Part shown: positions 37,853 through 48,844 of the stretch, in pieces
How the letters are laid out: each line of letters begins with the position of its first letter
Position numbering within the stretch: position 1 is the first letter of the stretch
Source: Clostridia bacterium
GTDB taxonomy: Bacteria; Bacillota; Clostridia; Oscillospirales; CAG-272
Reading direction: 5' to 3'
Assembly (NCBI GenBank): GCA_017398595.1
Contig: JAFQFR010000015.1
Span: 32,504-96,503 of the forward strand
DNA: 64,000 nucleotides
Made by a program: the position numbers and the translations under genes
Notes under the pieces: generated by a model
Database searches by the model: none
What the model was told of the DNA's origin: nothing
Seen by the model: the letters and a program-made list of their open reading frames with translations, nothing else

Positions 37853-40056
37853 TTTCCGATACCTCTCGTGACCGAGATGACACTCGGTATATTTTTCAGT
37901 TTCGACACGATGGAGTTGTAGTGTCCGACGTTCTTACAGCCGACCGTGAGGTTGACGAGGATATTGTCCTCACCGCGCTTCTGCGTGTTGATCTGCAGAA
38001 GCGAGATCTTCATATCGGCAAGCGCCGCCGTGATCTCGGCGAGCAGCGTGATCGAATCTTCGGCATAGATGATGATGAGCGACTCGTACACATCGTTTGC
38101 GCTCTCCTCTGCCGCGCCGTACTCCCAGTGCGCATTGATAAAGCGGTCACGCGAATCGGCATTTTCCTGTCCGCGCAGGACGTTGGGACAGTCGATCTTG
38201 TGGATCGACACGCCGTAGCCGCGCGTGATAAAGCCGATGATGCTGTCGCCCGGCAGCGGGTTGCAGCAGTGCGCGAACTTGGTCACGCAGCCTTCCTCGC
38301 CGTCCACAATGACGCCGCCCGTCATCTTGACGCGGCGCTTGGTCACCGTTTTGACATCTTCGATCACCAGCGGTGTCGAAGGCACAGGCTCCTTGACCAC
38401 GCGGTCAAATTCGTCGCGCAGCTTGGATGCGATCTTGGAAAGCGGCATACCGCCGTAACCGAGCATGTTGTAGAGGTCATCCACCGTCTGCATGCCCACG
38501 CGCGCGGAAATGTTGGCAACGATCTCATTGCGCTGCTCGACCGTATACGGTCTGCCGTAGCGGTGCAGCTCGCGGTCGATGTCTGCCTTGCCGAGTGCGA
38601 TATTTTCGGTGCGCTTTTCCTTTTTGAACCAGCTGCGGATCTTGCTGCGCGCGTCACCGGTCTTGACGACGTTCAGCCAGTCGCGGCTGGGGCCCTTGGA
38701 CGAGGACGAGGTGAGGATCTCCACGATGTCGCCCGTCTGCGGTGCGCGGTCGATCGGCACGATCATGCCGTTAATCTTGGCGCCGACCATCTTGTTGCCG
38801 ACCGCCGAGTGAATGGCGTAGGCAAAGTCGATGCAGGTCGAGCCCTGCGCCAGCACGATGACGTCGCCCTTCGGCGTAAAGACGAAGGTCTCGTCGCGGA
38901 AGATGTCGATCTTGAACGCATCGAGGAATTCGTCGGGGTCGCGGGTATCGTCCTCGATCTCAAACAGACGCGAGACCCATTTGAGCTTTTCATCGATGCT
39001 CTCGTCCGCCGTTTCGCCCGACTTATACTTCCAGTGCGCGGCAATACCGAACTCGGCAACGCGATGCATCTCAAAGGTGCGGATCTGCACCTCAAAGGGG
39101 ATACCCGAGGAGCTCATAACGCTCGTGTGCAGCGAGCGGTACATGTTCGGCTTCGGCATGGAGATGTAGTCCTTGAAGCGTCCGGGGATCGAGCGGAACA
39201 TCTCGTGGATGATGCCGAGCGCGGTATAGCACTCGAGCTCGGTATCCACGATGATGCGCAGCGCATAAAAGTCGTAGATCTGATCGAAGCTCTTGTTGTG
39301 ATTATACATCTTGTTGTAGAGCGAATAGATCGACTTGACGCGGCCCGTCAGCTCAAAGTGAATGCCGTTTTCGCGCAGGCGCTGTTCGATGCTGGCTTTC
39401 GCTTCGTTGAGCAGGGTACGCGATTCGCCGTACTTTTCATTGATGCGGTTTTTGACCTCTTCATAGCCGATGGGATCCAGATAAGAAAGGCTGAGGTTTT
39501 CCAGCTCCTGCTTAATGAGGCTGATACCGAGACGGTGTGCGAGCGGCGCGTAGATATACATCGTCTCGAGCGCAATGGCGCGCTGGCGATCCTCTTTTTT
39601 CGCCGAGAGCGTGCGCATGTTGTGGAGACGGTCGCACAGCTTGATGAAGATGACGCGGATGTCCTTCGACATGGCAAGCAGCATCTTGCGGATATTCTCG
39701 ATATTCGCCTCCTGCTTATCCTCGACATCGATCAGCACGAGCTTGGTCAAACCGTCCACGAGCAGGGCAACGTCCGCGCCGAATCTCTCGCGCACGATGT
39801 CGAGATTGGTCTTGTCGGAGCAGTCCTCCACCGTGTCGTGCAGCAGTGCCGCGCAGACCGAATCAGTGTCGAGCCCCAGTTCCACCACGATGGTCGCGAC
39901 CGCAAGCGGATGCGAGATATAGGGCTCGCCGGAGAGGCGCTTCTGTCCCGCGTGCAGCTCGGCAGCATAGGTGTACGCCGCATCGATCTTCTCTCTGTTA
40001 TAGTTTCTGCCGCTTGCATCCAGCGCGGCATAAAAATTTTGCAATGCAGTATCCAT
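37849..40056 (-). CDS. rel: Bifunctional (p)ppGpp synthetase/hydrolase (long RSH)
   Basis: HD domain (LLHDTVED), synthetase (YRSLHT, EVQIRT), TGS (FTPKG, DFAY.IH), zinc finger and ACT domains. Confidence 0.97.
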   Translation of the reverse strand: MDTALQNFYAALDASGRNYNREKIDAAYTYAAELHAGQKRLSGEPYISHPLAVATIVVELGLDTDSVCAALLHDTVEDCSDKTNLDIVRERFGADVALLVDGLTKLVLIDVEDKQEANIENIRKMLLAMSKDIRVIFIKLCDRLHNMRTLSAKKEDRQRAIALETMYIYAPLAHRLGISLIKQELENLSLSYLDPIGYEEVKNRINEKYGESRTLLNEAKASIEQRLRENGIHFELTGRVKSIYSLYNKMYNHNKSFDQIYDFYALRIIVDTELECYTALGIIHEMFRSIPGRFKDYISMPKPNMYRSLHTSVMSSSGIPFEVQIRTFEMHRVAEFGIAAHWKYKSGETADESIDEKLKWVSRLFEIEDDTRDPDEFLDAFKIDIFRDETFVFTPKGDVIVLAQGSTCIDFAYAIHSAVGNKMVGAKINGMIVPIDRAPQTGDIVEILTSSSSKGPSRDWLNVVKTGDARSKIRSWFKKEKRTENIALGKADIDRELHRYGRPYTVEQRNEIVANISARVGMQTVDDLYNMLGYGGMPLSKIASKLRDEFDRVVKEPVPSTPLVIEDVKTVTKRRVKMTGGVIVDGEEGCVTKFAHCCNPLPGDSIIGFITRGYGVSIHKIDCPNVLRGQENADSRDRFINAHWEYGAAEESANDVYESLIIIYAEDSITLLAEITAALADMKISLLQINTQKRGEDNILVNLTVGCKNVGHYNSIVSKLKNIPSVISVTRGIGK

Positions 40057-40077
40057 ATAGTTCCTCTTTATGAGCGT

Positions 40078-42216
40078 TTATGAGCGCGACTGTGCGCGCA
40101 GACGGCGAAGGATCGCCGATTTTTCAAGATCGGTTCGTTTGCTCTGGTAGTGTACCTTGAAGCTGTACTTCTCGGGTGCAAGCTCCTCGATGCCGACGAG
40201 ATTCATTTCAAACAGCACGTTCAAGATCACGCGCAGCTTGACATAGCCCATCGCGCCGATCTGCTCGTCGCGCTGCAGCATCTCGCGCAGGGTGAATTCC
40301 TCTTCACCGAAGCGAACGCGGCGGCGAATGAAGTTGTACACGATGCCGAAATCGTCACGCGAGGGAATGACATTCTCCTCCGCGGCGATCGGCGCACCGC
40401 CATGGATCTCTTCGTAGCGCTTCTGCTGTGCCGCATAGAACTCGACGTCCTTTTCGCACAGGCGAATATCGCGCACAATGAGCTGTGCGGTCTTCTGCCC
40501 GCCGAACTCGTTGATGTCCACGGTGGCAAACAGGTCCACCACATCGCCCGCATACACACCCGCATCCTTGGGCGAATGCGAAAAATACATCGCGGTAAGC
40601 TCGGGCATGTCGCGGCGCGCCAGCAGGATCTTGGTATGTTTGCCGAAGCTGATCGACTGTACGTCCACGACCTGCATATTCCGCAGAATAAACGCGGGAA
40701 CCGGGTTGGAAACGCCGTAAGGCTCGAGCAGACGAAGCTCCTCAGCATTTTTGAGCGTAACTTCCTCGCCCGTAACTTCAAAGTCGGCGTCCAGCGTGGG
40801 GACAAGGTCCTCATGCGAGAAATTCTCGCGCGCATAGGCATTGATCTTTTCGCGGAAAGCGTCGATGTTTTCGCGGCGCACGCTCAATCCGGCGGCAAGC
40901 TCGTGCCCGCCGAATTTTTCGAGCAGATCGCTGCAATGTACCAGCGCGTCCACAAGGTTGAGCCCCTTGACCGAACGGCCGCTGCCCTTACCGATGTCGA
41001 TATTGCCGTCGCTCTGCGCGCCGTCAAAGGAAATGAGGATGGACGGCAGACCGTATTTTTCGGTGATGCGCGAAGCGACGATTCCGATGACGCCGTGGTG
41101 CCAGTTGTCAGCTTCGAGCACGATGACGGGATCTCTTGCAAAGTCATGGCTTGCCTCGATACGGGCATACGCCTCGAGCGCGATGCGGTTCTCCTCGGTC
41201 TGCCGCTCGCGGTTGATGTCGCAGAGCCGCGCGGCAAGCTCATCGGCTTTTTCGCGCGAATCGGTGAGAAACAGCTCGACCGCAAGGCTCGCCGAGCTGA
41301 TGCGTCCCGCCGCGTTGATGCGGGGCGCCAGCGTGTAGCCGACAAATCCCGAGGTGACCTTGGGTGCGCGGGCACTCTTTGTGCCGTCGGGCTTCTTGGC
41401 TACTGCCTCGCACAGCGCCACAAGTCCCATGCGCTCCGCTTTTTCGATCTTGTGCAGACCGTAGGCAACGATCAGGCGATTTTCGTCCTTGATCGGCATG
41501 ACATCGGCAATGGTGCCGATGGCGACCAGATCCGCGAAAGTTTCGCAGATGCGGCGCACCGCCTCCTGCTCGGAAATGTTCTTGTGCTTTGCCTCAAAGG
41601 CGCAAAGCAGCTTGAAGACCACGCCGACGCCCGCCAGTTCCTTAAAGGGATAGGCACAGTCGGGGCGGCGGGGATTGACCACCGCGGCGGCTGCCGGCAG
41701 GTCGCCGTGGCACTCGTGGTGGTCGGTGACGACCACGTCGGTGCCTCGCGCGAGCGCGTGTGCGACCTCGCTGTTGGCAGTGATGCCCGTGTCCACCGTG
41801 ACGATGAGGTTGGCGCCCTCGTCAATGAGGTGATCGACCGAGCTCTCGCTCATGCCGTAGCCCTCTCCCATGCGGTTGGGGATGTAGTAGCTGACATCCG
41901 CGCCCATCGCCGAGAGGTAAAGATACAGGATGCTGACCGAGGTCACGCCGTCCACATCGTAGTCGCCGTAGATCACGATCTTTTCCTTGTCGGCAAGCGC
42001 CCTTTCAATGCGGGCAACTGCCTTATCCATGTCGAGGAGCAGCATAGGAGAGTGCAGAAGCTCCTCTTCCATGCGCAGGAAGCGGGATGCCGCCTCTTTG
42101 GTGGCATACCCGCGGTTGGCAAGCAGCCCCGCCGTCAGCGTGCCGATGCCGAGTGACGCGGCAAGTGCCTCGGTCGCGCTGTCCCGCGTGCCGAGCACAT
42201 TCCATTTTTTTTGCAT
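40078..42216 (-). CDS. recJ: Single-stranded-DNA-specific exonuclease RecJ
   Basis: YGDYDVDG, TDHH, PRINAAGR, GSGRS, FGGHELAAG. Confidence 0.96.
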   Translation of the reverse strand: MQKKWNVLGTRDSATEALAASLGIGTLTAGLLANRGYATKEAASRFLRMEEELLHSPMLLLDMDKAVARIERALADKEKIVIYGDYDVDGVTSVSILYLYLSAMGADVSYYIPNRMGEGYGMSESSVDHLIDEGANLIVTVDTGITANSEVAHALARGTDVVVTDHHECHGDLPAAAAVVNPRRPDCAYPFKELAGVGVVFKLLCAFEAKHKNISEQEAVRRICETFADLVAIGTIADVMPIKDENRLIVAYGLHKIEKAERMGLVALCEAVAKKPDGTKSARAPKVTSGFVGYTLAPRINAAGRISSASLAVELFLTDSREKADELAARLCDINRERQTEENRIALEAYARIEASHDFARDPVIVLEADNWHHGVIGIVASRITEKYGLPSILISFDGAQSDGNIDIGKGSGRSVKGLNLVDALVHCSDLLEKFGGHELAAGLSVRRENIDAFREKINAYARENFSHEDLVPTLDADFEVTGEEVTLKNAEELRLLEPYGVSNPVPAFILRNMQVVDVQSISFGKHTKILLARRDMPELTAMYFSHSPKDAGVYAGDVVDLFATVDINEFGGQKTAQLIVRDIRLCEKDVEFYAAQQKRYEEIHGGAPIAAEENVIPSRDDFGIVYNFIRRRVRFGEEEFTLREMLQRDEQIGAMGYVKLRVILNVLFEMNLVGIEELAPEKYSFKVHYQSKRTDLEKSAILRRLRAQSRS

Positions 42217-42310
42217 TTCATCTATCTCCAATTTTTTAATAATAAACGAGAGTAAGCATGGCACTGACGCAGCCATGAGAGCAAGTTAAGGGAAAATAAG
42301 CATCTTTATC

Positions 42311-42433
42311 GGCTCCCTTGTGTAAAGGGAGCTCCCGCGGAGCGGGTGAGGGATTGTTCTAAAGCAGTGTTTCATCTTGAAAGACAATCCCTCAGTCGCC
42401 TATGGCGCCAGCTCCCTTTACACAAGGGAGCCT
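42311..42433. repeat. REP-like element with 22-bp terminal inverted repeats
   Basis: ggctcccttgtgtaaagggagc ... gctccctttacacaagggagcc; inner tgagggattgt/acaatccctca pair. Confidence 0.8.
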
Positions 42434-42539
42434 TCATGGGTGCAACATTTCCGCACAGCCATTTCTACACAAAATATTTTTCAAAAGTTTTACGGGGGCT
42501 TGGGGGCGGTTTTACAAAAACGCCCCCAACGTCTTCCCC

Positions 42540-44132
42540 TTATCCAAACGGTTTAAACCGTGCGATAATCTTTTCGGCGATGCGAACGCCGTCCACGGCG
42601 GCGGAAGTGATGCCGCCCGCATAACCGGCGCCTTCGCCGCCGGGGTAAATGTCGCTCTCGCCGAGCATGGTCAGGTCGTCCCCGCGCTGCAAACGCAAGG
42701 GCGCGCTGGTACGCGTCTCCACGCCCGAGAGCAGAGCGTGCGGCGCGTCAAAGCCCTGTATTTTTCTGCCGAAGTCCACAAGTCCCGCCGCCAGCGTGTC
42801 GCCGAGCTCCTTCGGAAACAGCGCGCGCAGGTTTGCTCCGCGCACCTTACCGCCGCGGTAGGTCGGCTGCACCGCACCGAGCGCCGTGCAGGCACGGTCG
42901 GAAAGGAAATCGCCCACGGTACAGACCGGCGCTGAGTAGTCGCTGCCGCCCGCCGTGAACGCCGCACGCTCCAGCGTGCGCTGAAACTCGATCGCGGCAC
43001 GCGGACTGTCTCCGTAGTCACTGCGGTACACCGAAATGCAGACGGCACTGTTGGAATTTCTGCCGTTTCGCGCATAGGCGCTCATACCGTTGACGCAGAG
43101 CCCGCCGTGTTCGGACGCGCCCGCAACGACCTCGCCGCCGGGGCACATGCAAAATGTATAGACGCCGCGCGCCTTCGTGTTGTATGAAAGATTATATTCG
43201 GCATAGGGCAGCGCCTTGTGCCCCGCAAAATCGCCGTAAAGCGCGCGGTCAATGTCACTTTTCAGATGCTCGATGCGCATGCCGACCGAAAAATCCTTCG
43301 GCGTGACGGTACAGCCGCGGTCGAGCAGCATCGAATAGGTGTCTCTGGCACTGTGCCCGATGGCAAGCACGGTCACGGATGCCGCCACCTCGCCGCGCGA
43401 GGTCACAAGGCGGCGCACGCCGTGCTCTACACTGCCGAGATCCAACAGCGTGGTGCGATAGAGGATCTCGCCGCCGCATTCGGTGATGCGGCGCGCCACG
43501 TTTGCCACCACGCCGCGCAAAATATCGGTGCCGATGTGCGGCTTTGCCATCGTCAGAATCTCGTCGGGCGCACCGAGCGCATGCAGCTTCTCGAGCACAT
43601 AGGCACAGCGGCTGTCGCTGATGCGGGTGACGAGCTTGCCGTCCGAAAAAGTACCCGCGCCGCCCGCGCCGAACTGAATGTTGCAGTCCGCGTCAAGCGT
43701 TCCCTGTTCGATAAAGCGCTCCACCGTGCGCACGCGGTTTTCCACATCGTCGCCGCGCTCGATGAGCAGCGGACGATAGCCGTTTTCGGCGAGCAGGAGC
43801 GCGGCAAACATGCCGCACGGTCCCATGCCGACGACGACGGGGCGCGCAGGCATCGCGGCGCTGCCGCGTACAAGACGCAGCGGCTCCGCACTGAGGCGCG
43901 AGAGCCGCAATTTCTGTTCCGTCTCTTTTTTCAGCGTGCCCGCAGTGGCAAAGCGCACTGCGTAGACCAGCCGAATGTCCTTTTTATCCCGCGCGTCCAC
44001 GCTGCGGCGGTAGAGCGAAAGCTTTTCCGCACGCACGCCTGCACGGCGCAGTTTTTTTGCGGCGACTGCCACCGCTTCCTCGGCGGGAGCGTCGAGGGGC
44101 AGCGGGATGCCGCTGATCACATATTCCGTCAT
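42540..44132 (-). CDS. NAD(P)/FAD-dependent oxidoreductase
   Basis: VVGMGPCG, GAGGAGTFSDGKL, FCMCPGG, GEGAGYAGGITSAAVDG. Confidence 0.9.
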   Translation of the reverse strand: MTEYVISGIPLPLDAPAEEAVAVAAKKLRRAGVRAEKLSLYRRSVDARDKKDIRLVYAVRFATAGTLKKETEQKLRLSRLSAEPLRLVRGSAAMPARPVVVGMGPCGMFAALLLAENGYRPLLIERGDDVENRVRTVERFIEQGTLDADCNIQFGAGGAGTFSDGKLVTRISDSRCAYVLEKLHALGAPDEILTMAKPHIGTDILRGVVANVARRITECGGEILYRTTLLDLGSVEHGVRRLVTSRGEVAASVTVLAIGHSARDTYSMLLDRGCTVTPKDFSVGMRIEHLKSDIDRALYGDFAGHKALPYAEYNLSYNTKARGVYTFCMCPGGEVVAGASEHGGLCVNGMSAYARNGRNSNSAVCISVYRSDYGDSPRAAIEFQRTLERAAFTAGGSDYSAPVCTVGDFLSDRACTALGAVQPTYRGGKVRGANLRALFPKELGDTLAAGLVDFGRKIQGFDAPHALLSGVETRTSAPLRLQRGDDLTMLGESDIYPGGEGAGYAGGITSAAVDGVRIAEKIIARFKPFG

Positions 44133-45379
44133 TGTTCGATATTCACCATTGCCGTATATTCGCCGAGGGCATAGACGCTGTCGGCATATTCCGCGGGCAC
44201 CTCTACCGTCAGAGGCACCTGCACGATGCCGCGCACGCCTGTGTAGTTGAGCTCACCCACCAGCGTAAAATCTTCGGGGAACAACATTTCCGCGATGTCG
44301 CTCGGGGCGCGCAGCGTGATGTTGATGCTGTCGGCGATGAGCGTATATTCGAGATCGTTGGGGTTTTTCAGCTCGATCTGGCTGACCGAAACGCTCTTTT
44401 TGACCGTGCCCTTATGTTTGATCGAGATCGACGCGGTCTTGGTGCCGCTCACGTTTTCCACTCCGTCGGGCAGCGTGATCGACACGATGCGCGTGGTGCT
44501 GTTATCCGTGAGCTTGGTCTCGTCCAGCGTCGCCACGGTGAGTGAATCCACATCGGTGAGGAGCTTCGGATCGGCGCGGACCGTGATCGTCTTCGGCACG
44601 ACGGTGATCTCTGCGTTCTCGGCATTCAGATAGCCGTATTTGGTATCCACCGTGATGGGCAGATCGCGCTCGACATAAACCGGAATGGTCACGCCGACCG
44701 AGCTCTGCGAAATGGTGAGATAGGGATTGTCGATGGCAATGCCCGACTCGGTAACGACTTTCAGCTCGCCGCGCGCGCTCAGGCTGGTGGTCACCGTGCC
44801 GAGATCCAGCTCCACGATCGCCGTCTGTGCCGCATCGATCACCGAAGCGGGGCCGCTGATCGTCACGGCGCTCACATCGGGCGTCAGTGCGCCGAGCGTG
44901 ATCGACTGGTCATACTGCACCGAGGTGACATTGACCTTGACCGGGATGGTCTTGGTGGAGATCTCATCGACATAGACCTCGATCGAGGTCGGATACACAT
45001 TTTTGAGCATACAGCCCTCGGGCGTAGTCACCGAAACGCTGAGGTGGTGTCTGCCCGGTTCGGTAATACCGCTGACATCCACGCTCGCCACGATGTCCTC
45101 GAGCGAATAGGAGATGACATCGCTTTTTTTACCGGTGATGGTGATGTCGGCAAGATTGCCGTAGCCGCTGATGACCGAAAGATTTTTCTCTGCCGAGAGG
45201 ACCGCCGCGTTTTCCACGGATACGGTCACGCCCGAAAAGGTGCTTTCATAGTCGGGGCTGTCGCTCGACATGGCATACAGCCAGATCACGAGCGCGAAAA
45301 ACACGCAGCAGATACGCGGGATCAGATCGGTGACGCGCAGACGCTTGCCCACGGTCTCTTTGCTTTCTGCCTTAGCCAT
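44129..45379 (-). CDS. cdaR: CdaR/YbbR-domain regulator of diadenylate cyclase
   Basis: N-terminal TM helix and repeated YbbR-like beta domains; overlaps cdaA. Confidence 0.85.
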   Translation of the reverse strand: MAKAESKETVGKRLRVTDLIPRICCVFFALVIWLYAMSSDSPDYESTFSGVTVSVENAAVLSAEKNLSVISGYGNLADITITGKKSDVISYSLEDIVASVDVSGITEPGRHHLSVSVTTPEGCMLKNVYPTSIEVYVDEISTKTIPVKVNVTSVQYDQSITLGALTPDVSAVTISGPASVIDAAQTAIVELDLGTVTTSLSARGELKVVTESGIAIDNPYLTISQSSVGVTIPVYVERDLPITVDTKYGYLNAENAEITVVPKTITVRADPKLLTDVDSLTVATLDETKLTDNSTTRIVSITLPDGVENVSGTKTASISIKHKGTVKKSVSVSQIELKNPNDLEYTLIADSINITLRAPSDIAEMLFPEDFTLVGELNYTGVRGIVQVPLTVEVPAEYADSVYALGEYTAMVNIEQ

Positions 45380-46253
45380 CGATCTTATCCTCCTTCTTCT
45401 TGTCTTTTTTGGAAAACTTCGGCATTTTCTTTGCCTGCACATCGCCGAGCAGAATGTCGGTCAGCTGCTTGCGCAGCGTAGAATAGTTCTGTCCGCCGAG
45501 CAGTTCGCCGTCGATCGCCAGCGAGATCTCGCCCGTCTCCTCCGAGACGATGACGACGATCGCGTCGCTGACCTCGCTCATGCCGACACCCGCGCGATGG
45601 CGCGTGCCCTTGTCCTTATTGAGCCTTGCGTTCTGCGTCAGGGGCAAAAAACAGCCTGCCGCCGCAACGCGGTAATCCGAAATGATGACCGCGCCGTCAT
45701 GCAGCGACGCCTTGTTGAAGAAAATATTTTTCAAGAGACTCTGCGAGACGATCGCATCGATCTGCACACCCGTTTTCATAATGTCGCCGAGCTTGGTCGA
45801 GCGCTCGATAACGATCAGCGCACCCGTGCGGTCGCGCGACATATCGCTCGCCGCGATGCAGATGTTGTCGATCACGGCGGTGTGCGCCGCGATCTCCTTG
45901 GACTCGGTCAGATTCTTGATCGAGCGCAGCGGGTCGCCGCCCACTTTTTCGAGCGCCGTGCGCAGCTCCGGCTGGAACAGGATGACCAGTGCGAGCAATC
46001 CGACCTGGAAAAAGTTATCCAGCAAAAAGCTGATCGCATGCATTTCGAGCAGGGACGCGAGCGCATACAGCATCGCAAGCAGCGCAAGACCGAGTGCCAG
46101 CTTACCCGCGCGCCGCTCACGCACAAAGCGGTAAACGTAGTAAAGCAGGAATGCAAGCACCGCAATGTCGATCACGTCCACAAAGGTCATGGACAGGATC
46201 TGCGCACCGATGTTGCTGAAAAATGTTTTCAGATAGGCAAGGATTGTCTGCAC
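45372..46253 (-). CDS. cdaA: Diadenylate cyclase CdaA
   Basis: Three TM helices, FQPELR, LHDGA, GTRHRA, VSEETG. Confidence 0.95.
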   Translation of the reverse strand: MQTILAYLKTFFSNIGAQILSMTFVDVIDIAVLAFLLYYVYRFVRERRAGKLALGLALLAMLYALASLLEMHAISFLLDNFFQVGLLALVILFQPELRTALEKVGGDPLRSIKNLTESKEIAAHTAVIDNICIAASDMSRDRTGALIVIERSTKLGDIMKTGVQIDAIVSQSLLKNIFFNKASLHDGAVIISDYRVAAAGCFLPLTQNARLNKDKGTRHRAGVGMSEVSDAIVVIVSEETGEISLAIDGELLGGQNYSTLRKQLTDILLGDVQAKKMPKFSKKDKKKEDKIDG

Positions 46254-46473
46254 GAAAGCACCTCCGTTTTTTCAGCCGAAAACCAAGAATGTCGCACGCG
46301 CGCGACGCGCGCGTATACTTATATAAATTATAGTATATCATACTTGCAGCGCACATACAAGCGTAAAATCAGCTTTTCGCACAAATTTCACATGCAATTT
46401 TTTTCAAAAAATGTGGCATATAGGAAAAATTCATGCTATACTGTAGAGTGAATAATTATGTTCGGAGGCTGGC

Positions 46474-47241
46474 ATGGCAGAAAACTACGGCGAAAAGATC
46501 GCATATTCCAAATTCGGCAGCGGAGAGAAGCTGCTCGTGATCCTGCATGGCTGGGGCTGCTACAAGGAGATGTTCGCCCCGATCGCCGAGCACCTTGCAA
46601 GATGCTATACCGTGGTAGTGCCCGACCTGCCGGGCTTTGGCGAGAGTCCCGAACCTTCCCGTCCCTTTTCGGTGGACGACTACACCGACACGATGATCGA
46701 TTTTATAAAAAGTTTCGGTTTTGACACCGTCTCGCTGCTGGGACATTCCTACGGCGGACGCATCATTATCAAGCTGTTTTCCAAAGGCGATCTCCCCTTC
46801 GAAATCGAGCGGGTCTGCCTTGTCGATGCGGCAGGCATCAAGCCGAAAAAGAGTCTCGGACAAAAGCTGTCGCTCCTTTGTTACAAAGGCGGCAGACGCA
46901 TTTTATCTCTCCCGCCGCTGCAAAAGCTTTTCCCCGATGCCATCGAAAAGTGGCGCGCAAAGCGCGGCTCCGCCGACTACAATTCGGCAAGCGAAGTGAT
47001 GAAAAAAACGCTGGTACTTGCGGTCAACGAAGATCTGACCGATTGTTTAAAAAATATCACTGCGCCCACCCTGCTTTTCTGGGGGGACAAGGACGACGCA
47101 ACGCCCCTCTCCGACGCTAAGATCATGGAGAAAAAGATCCCCGACGCAGGACTCGTCGTGCTGAAAGGCGGCAGTCACTTTTCTTTCCTCGAGAACACGC
47201 CCTATTTCCTGCGCGTCGCCGACGCATTTTTTGAGAATTAA
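46474..47241 (+). CDS. Alpha/beta hydrolase
   Basis: LHGWG, DLPGFG, GHSYGG, catalytic D and H. Confidence 0.9.
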   Translation: MAENYGEKIAYSKFGSGEKLLVILHGWGCYKEMFAPIAEHLARCYTVVVPDLPGFGESPEPSRPFSVDDYTDTMIDFIKSFGFDTVSLLGHSYGGRIIIKLFSKGDLPFEIERVCLVDAAGIKPKKSLGQKLSLLCYKGGRRILSLPPLQKLFPDAIEKWRAKRGSADYNSASEVMKKTLVLAVNEDLTDCLKNITAPTLLFWGDKDDATPLSDAKIMEKKIPDAGLVVLKGGSHFSFLENTPYFLRVADAFFEN

Positions 47242-47254
47242 AAAGAGGTAGCCT

Positions 47255-48814
47255 ATGGAACTTTCCGCACATATTCTTGCGCTTGTTTGTCTTGCGTTTT
47301 TTGCCGCACTCTCGGCGCGGTACTTCACACATATGTTTCAGCTCAATTCCTATACCGAAAAGGTGCAGCGTTCCTGGATGCAGAGAAAATTTCTGCGCCT
47401 TGTCCCCTGCGCCTTGATCGCCGTGATCGCGATCGTATGCGCGTTTTGCAAAGAGAGAAACTTTATCTACGCGTATCTGTGGCTGGCGCTCGGCGCGCTC
47501 GTGCTCTCCCTCTTTTATTTCCCGCGCAAGGCGAAAAAGCCGCTCGCCTGCACCGCACGCGTTAAGCGCCTTTGGGTGACCTATGCATTGCTGACGCTGC
47601 TCGTGGGCGCGCTTGCCGTACTGCTCGGCGGCACGGGAGAATTCGTGCTGCTGGGACTTGTCACCGCGGCAACGCCCTTCACGCTTCTGCTCGCCAACTT
47701 CTGCAATGCGCCGATCGAAAAAGCGGTGCGCAACTACTACATCCGCGACGCGAAAAAGCTGCTTGCCTCGCACAAGCGCCTGCGCATCATCGGCATCACG
47801 GGCTCGTTCGGCAAGACATCGGTAAAATACTATCTCACCGCGCTGCTCGGCGTCAAATACAACGTACTGATGACGCCCGAGAGCTACAACACGCCGATGG
47901 GCGTGGTCAAGACCATCCGCTCCTCACTGCGCGCCACGCATGACATCTTCGTCTGCGAGATGGGTGCAAAGTACGTCGGCGACATCGCGGAGCTCTGTGA
48001 CATCGTGCATCCCGAAAACGGCATCGTGACCTCGATCGGCGAACAGCACCTCGAGAGCTTCGGCAGCGTGGAAAACATCATTAAAACCAAATACGAGCTT
48101 GCGGACGCTCTGCCCGAGGGCGGCAAGCTGTACATCAACATTTCCAGCGACACCGTAAACAAGCACCGCCCCTCACGCAGCGCAGTGACCTACGGTCTGT
48201 TCCCCGACGCGGACTACTACGCCACCGACATTTCGGTATCGAGCGCAGGCACGACCTTCACGCTCTGCCACGGCGAGGAGAAACAGCAGTACACGACGCG
48301 GCTGATCGGCGAAGCGAACGTGGTCAACATCGTGGGCGCGATCGCGGCGGCAAACGATGCCTACGGCATCCCGCTGTCCGAGCTGAAAGGCGCTGTGGCA
48401 TCGCTCAAGTGTGTGCCGCACCGCATGGAACTGCTCGACCGCGGCAGCATGATCATCATTGACGATGCGTTCAACTCCAACCCCGCGGGCGCGGCGGCGG
48501 CACTGCGTACGGTCGCACTGTTCGACGCGGTCAAGATCATCATCACCCCCGGCATGATCGAGCTCGGTGCAAAGTCGGACGAACTCAATGCCGGACTCGG
48601 TAAAAATGCGGCATCCGTCTGCGACTGGATCGTAGCGGTGGGCGAGCGGCAGGCAAAGCCGATCGTTAAGGGCGCAAAAGATGCAGGCTTTGACAAAGAT
48701 CACATCCACGTGGCAAAGACCTTTACCGAAGCGATGGACTTTGTCCGCGCGATCGATGCCAAAGGCAAGAAAAAAGTCATTCTGCTCGAGAACGACCTGC
48801 CGGACAATTTTTAA
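47255..48814 (+). CDS. murF: UDP-N-acetylmuramoyl-tripeptide--D-Ala-D-Ala ligase with an N-terminal membrane domain
   Basis: GITGSFGKTS, SYNT, EMGA, DDAFNSNP, GMIELG; about 150 aa hydrophobic extension. Confidence 0.85.
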   Translation: MELSAHILALVCLAFFAALSARYFTHMFQLNSYTEKVQRSWMQRKFLRLVPCALIAVIAIVCAFCKERNFIYAYLWLALGALVLSLFYFPRKAKKPLACTARVKRLWVTYALLTLLVGALAVLLGGTGEFVLLGLVTAATPFTLLLANFCNAPIEKAVRNYYIRDAKKLLASHKRLRIIGITGSFGKTSVKYYLTALLGVKYNVLMTPESYNTPMGVVKTIRSSLRATHDIFVCEMGAKYVGDIAELCDIVHPENGIVTSIGEQHLESFGSVENIIKTKYELADALPEGGKLYINISSDTVNKHRPSRSAVTYGLFPDADYYATDISVSSAGTTFTLCHGEEKQQYTTRLIGEANVVNIVGAIAAANDAYGIPLSELKGAVASLKCVPHRMELLDRGSMIIIDDAFNSNPAGAAAALRTVALFDAVKIIITPGMIELGAKSDELNAGLGKNAASVCDWIVAVGERQAKPIVKGAKDAGFDKDHIHVAKTFTEAMDFVRAIDAKGKKKVILLENDLPDNF

Positions 48815-48844
48815 AAAAACAATCGAAAGCACATCCCCGGCAAA

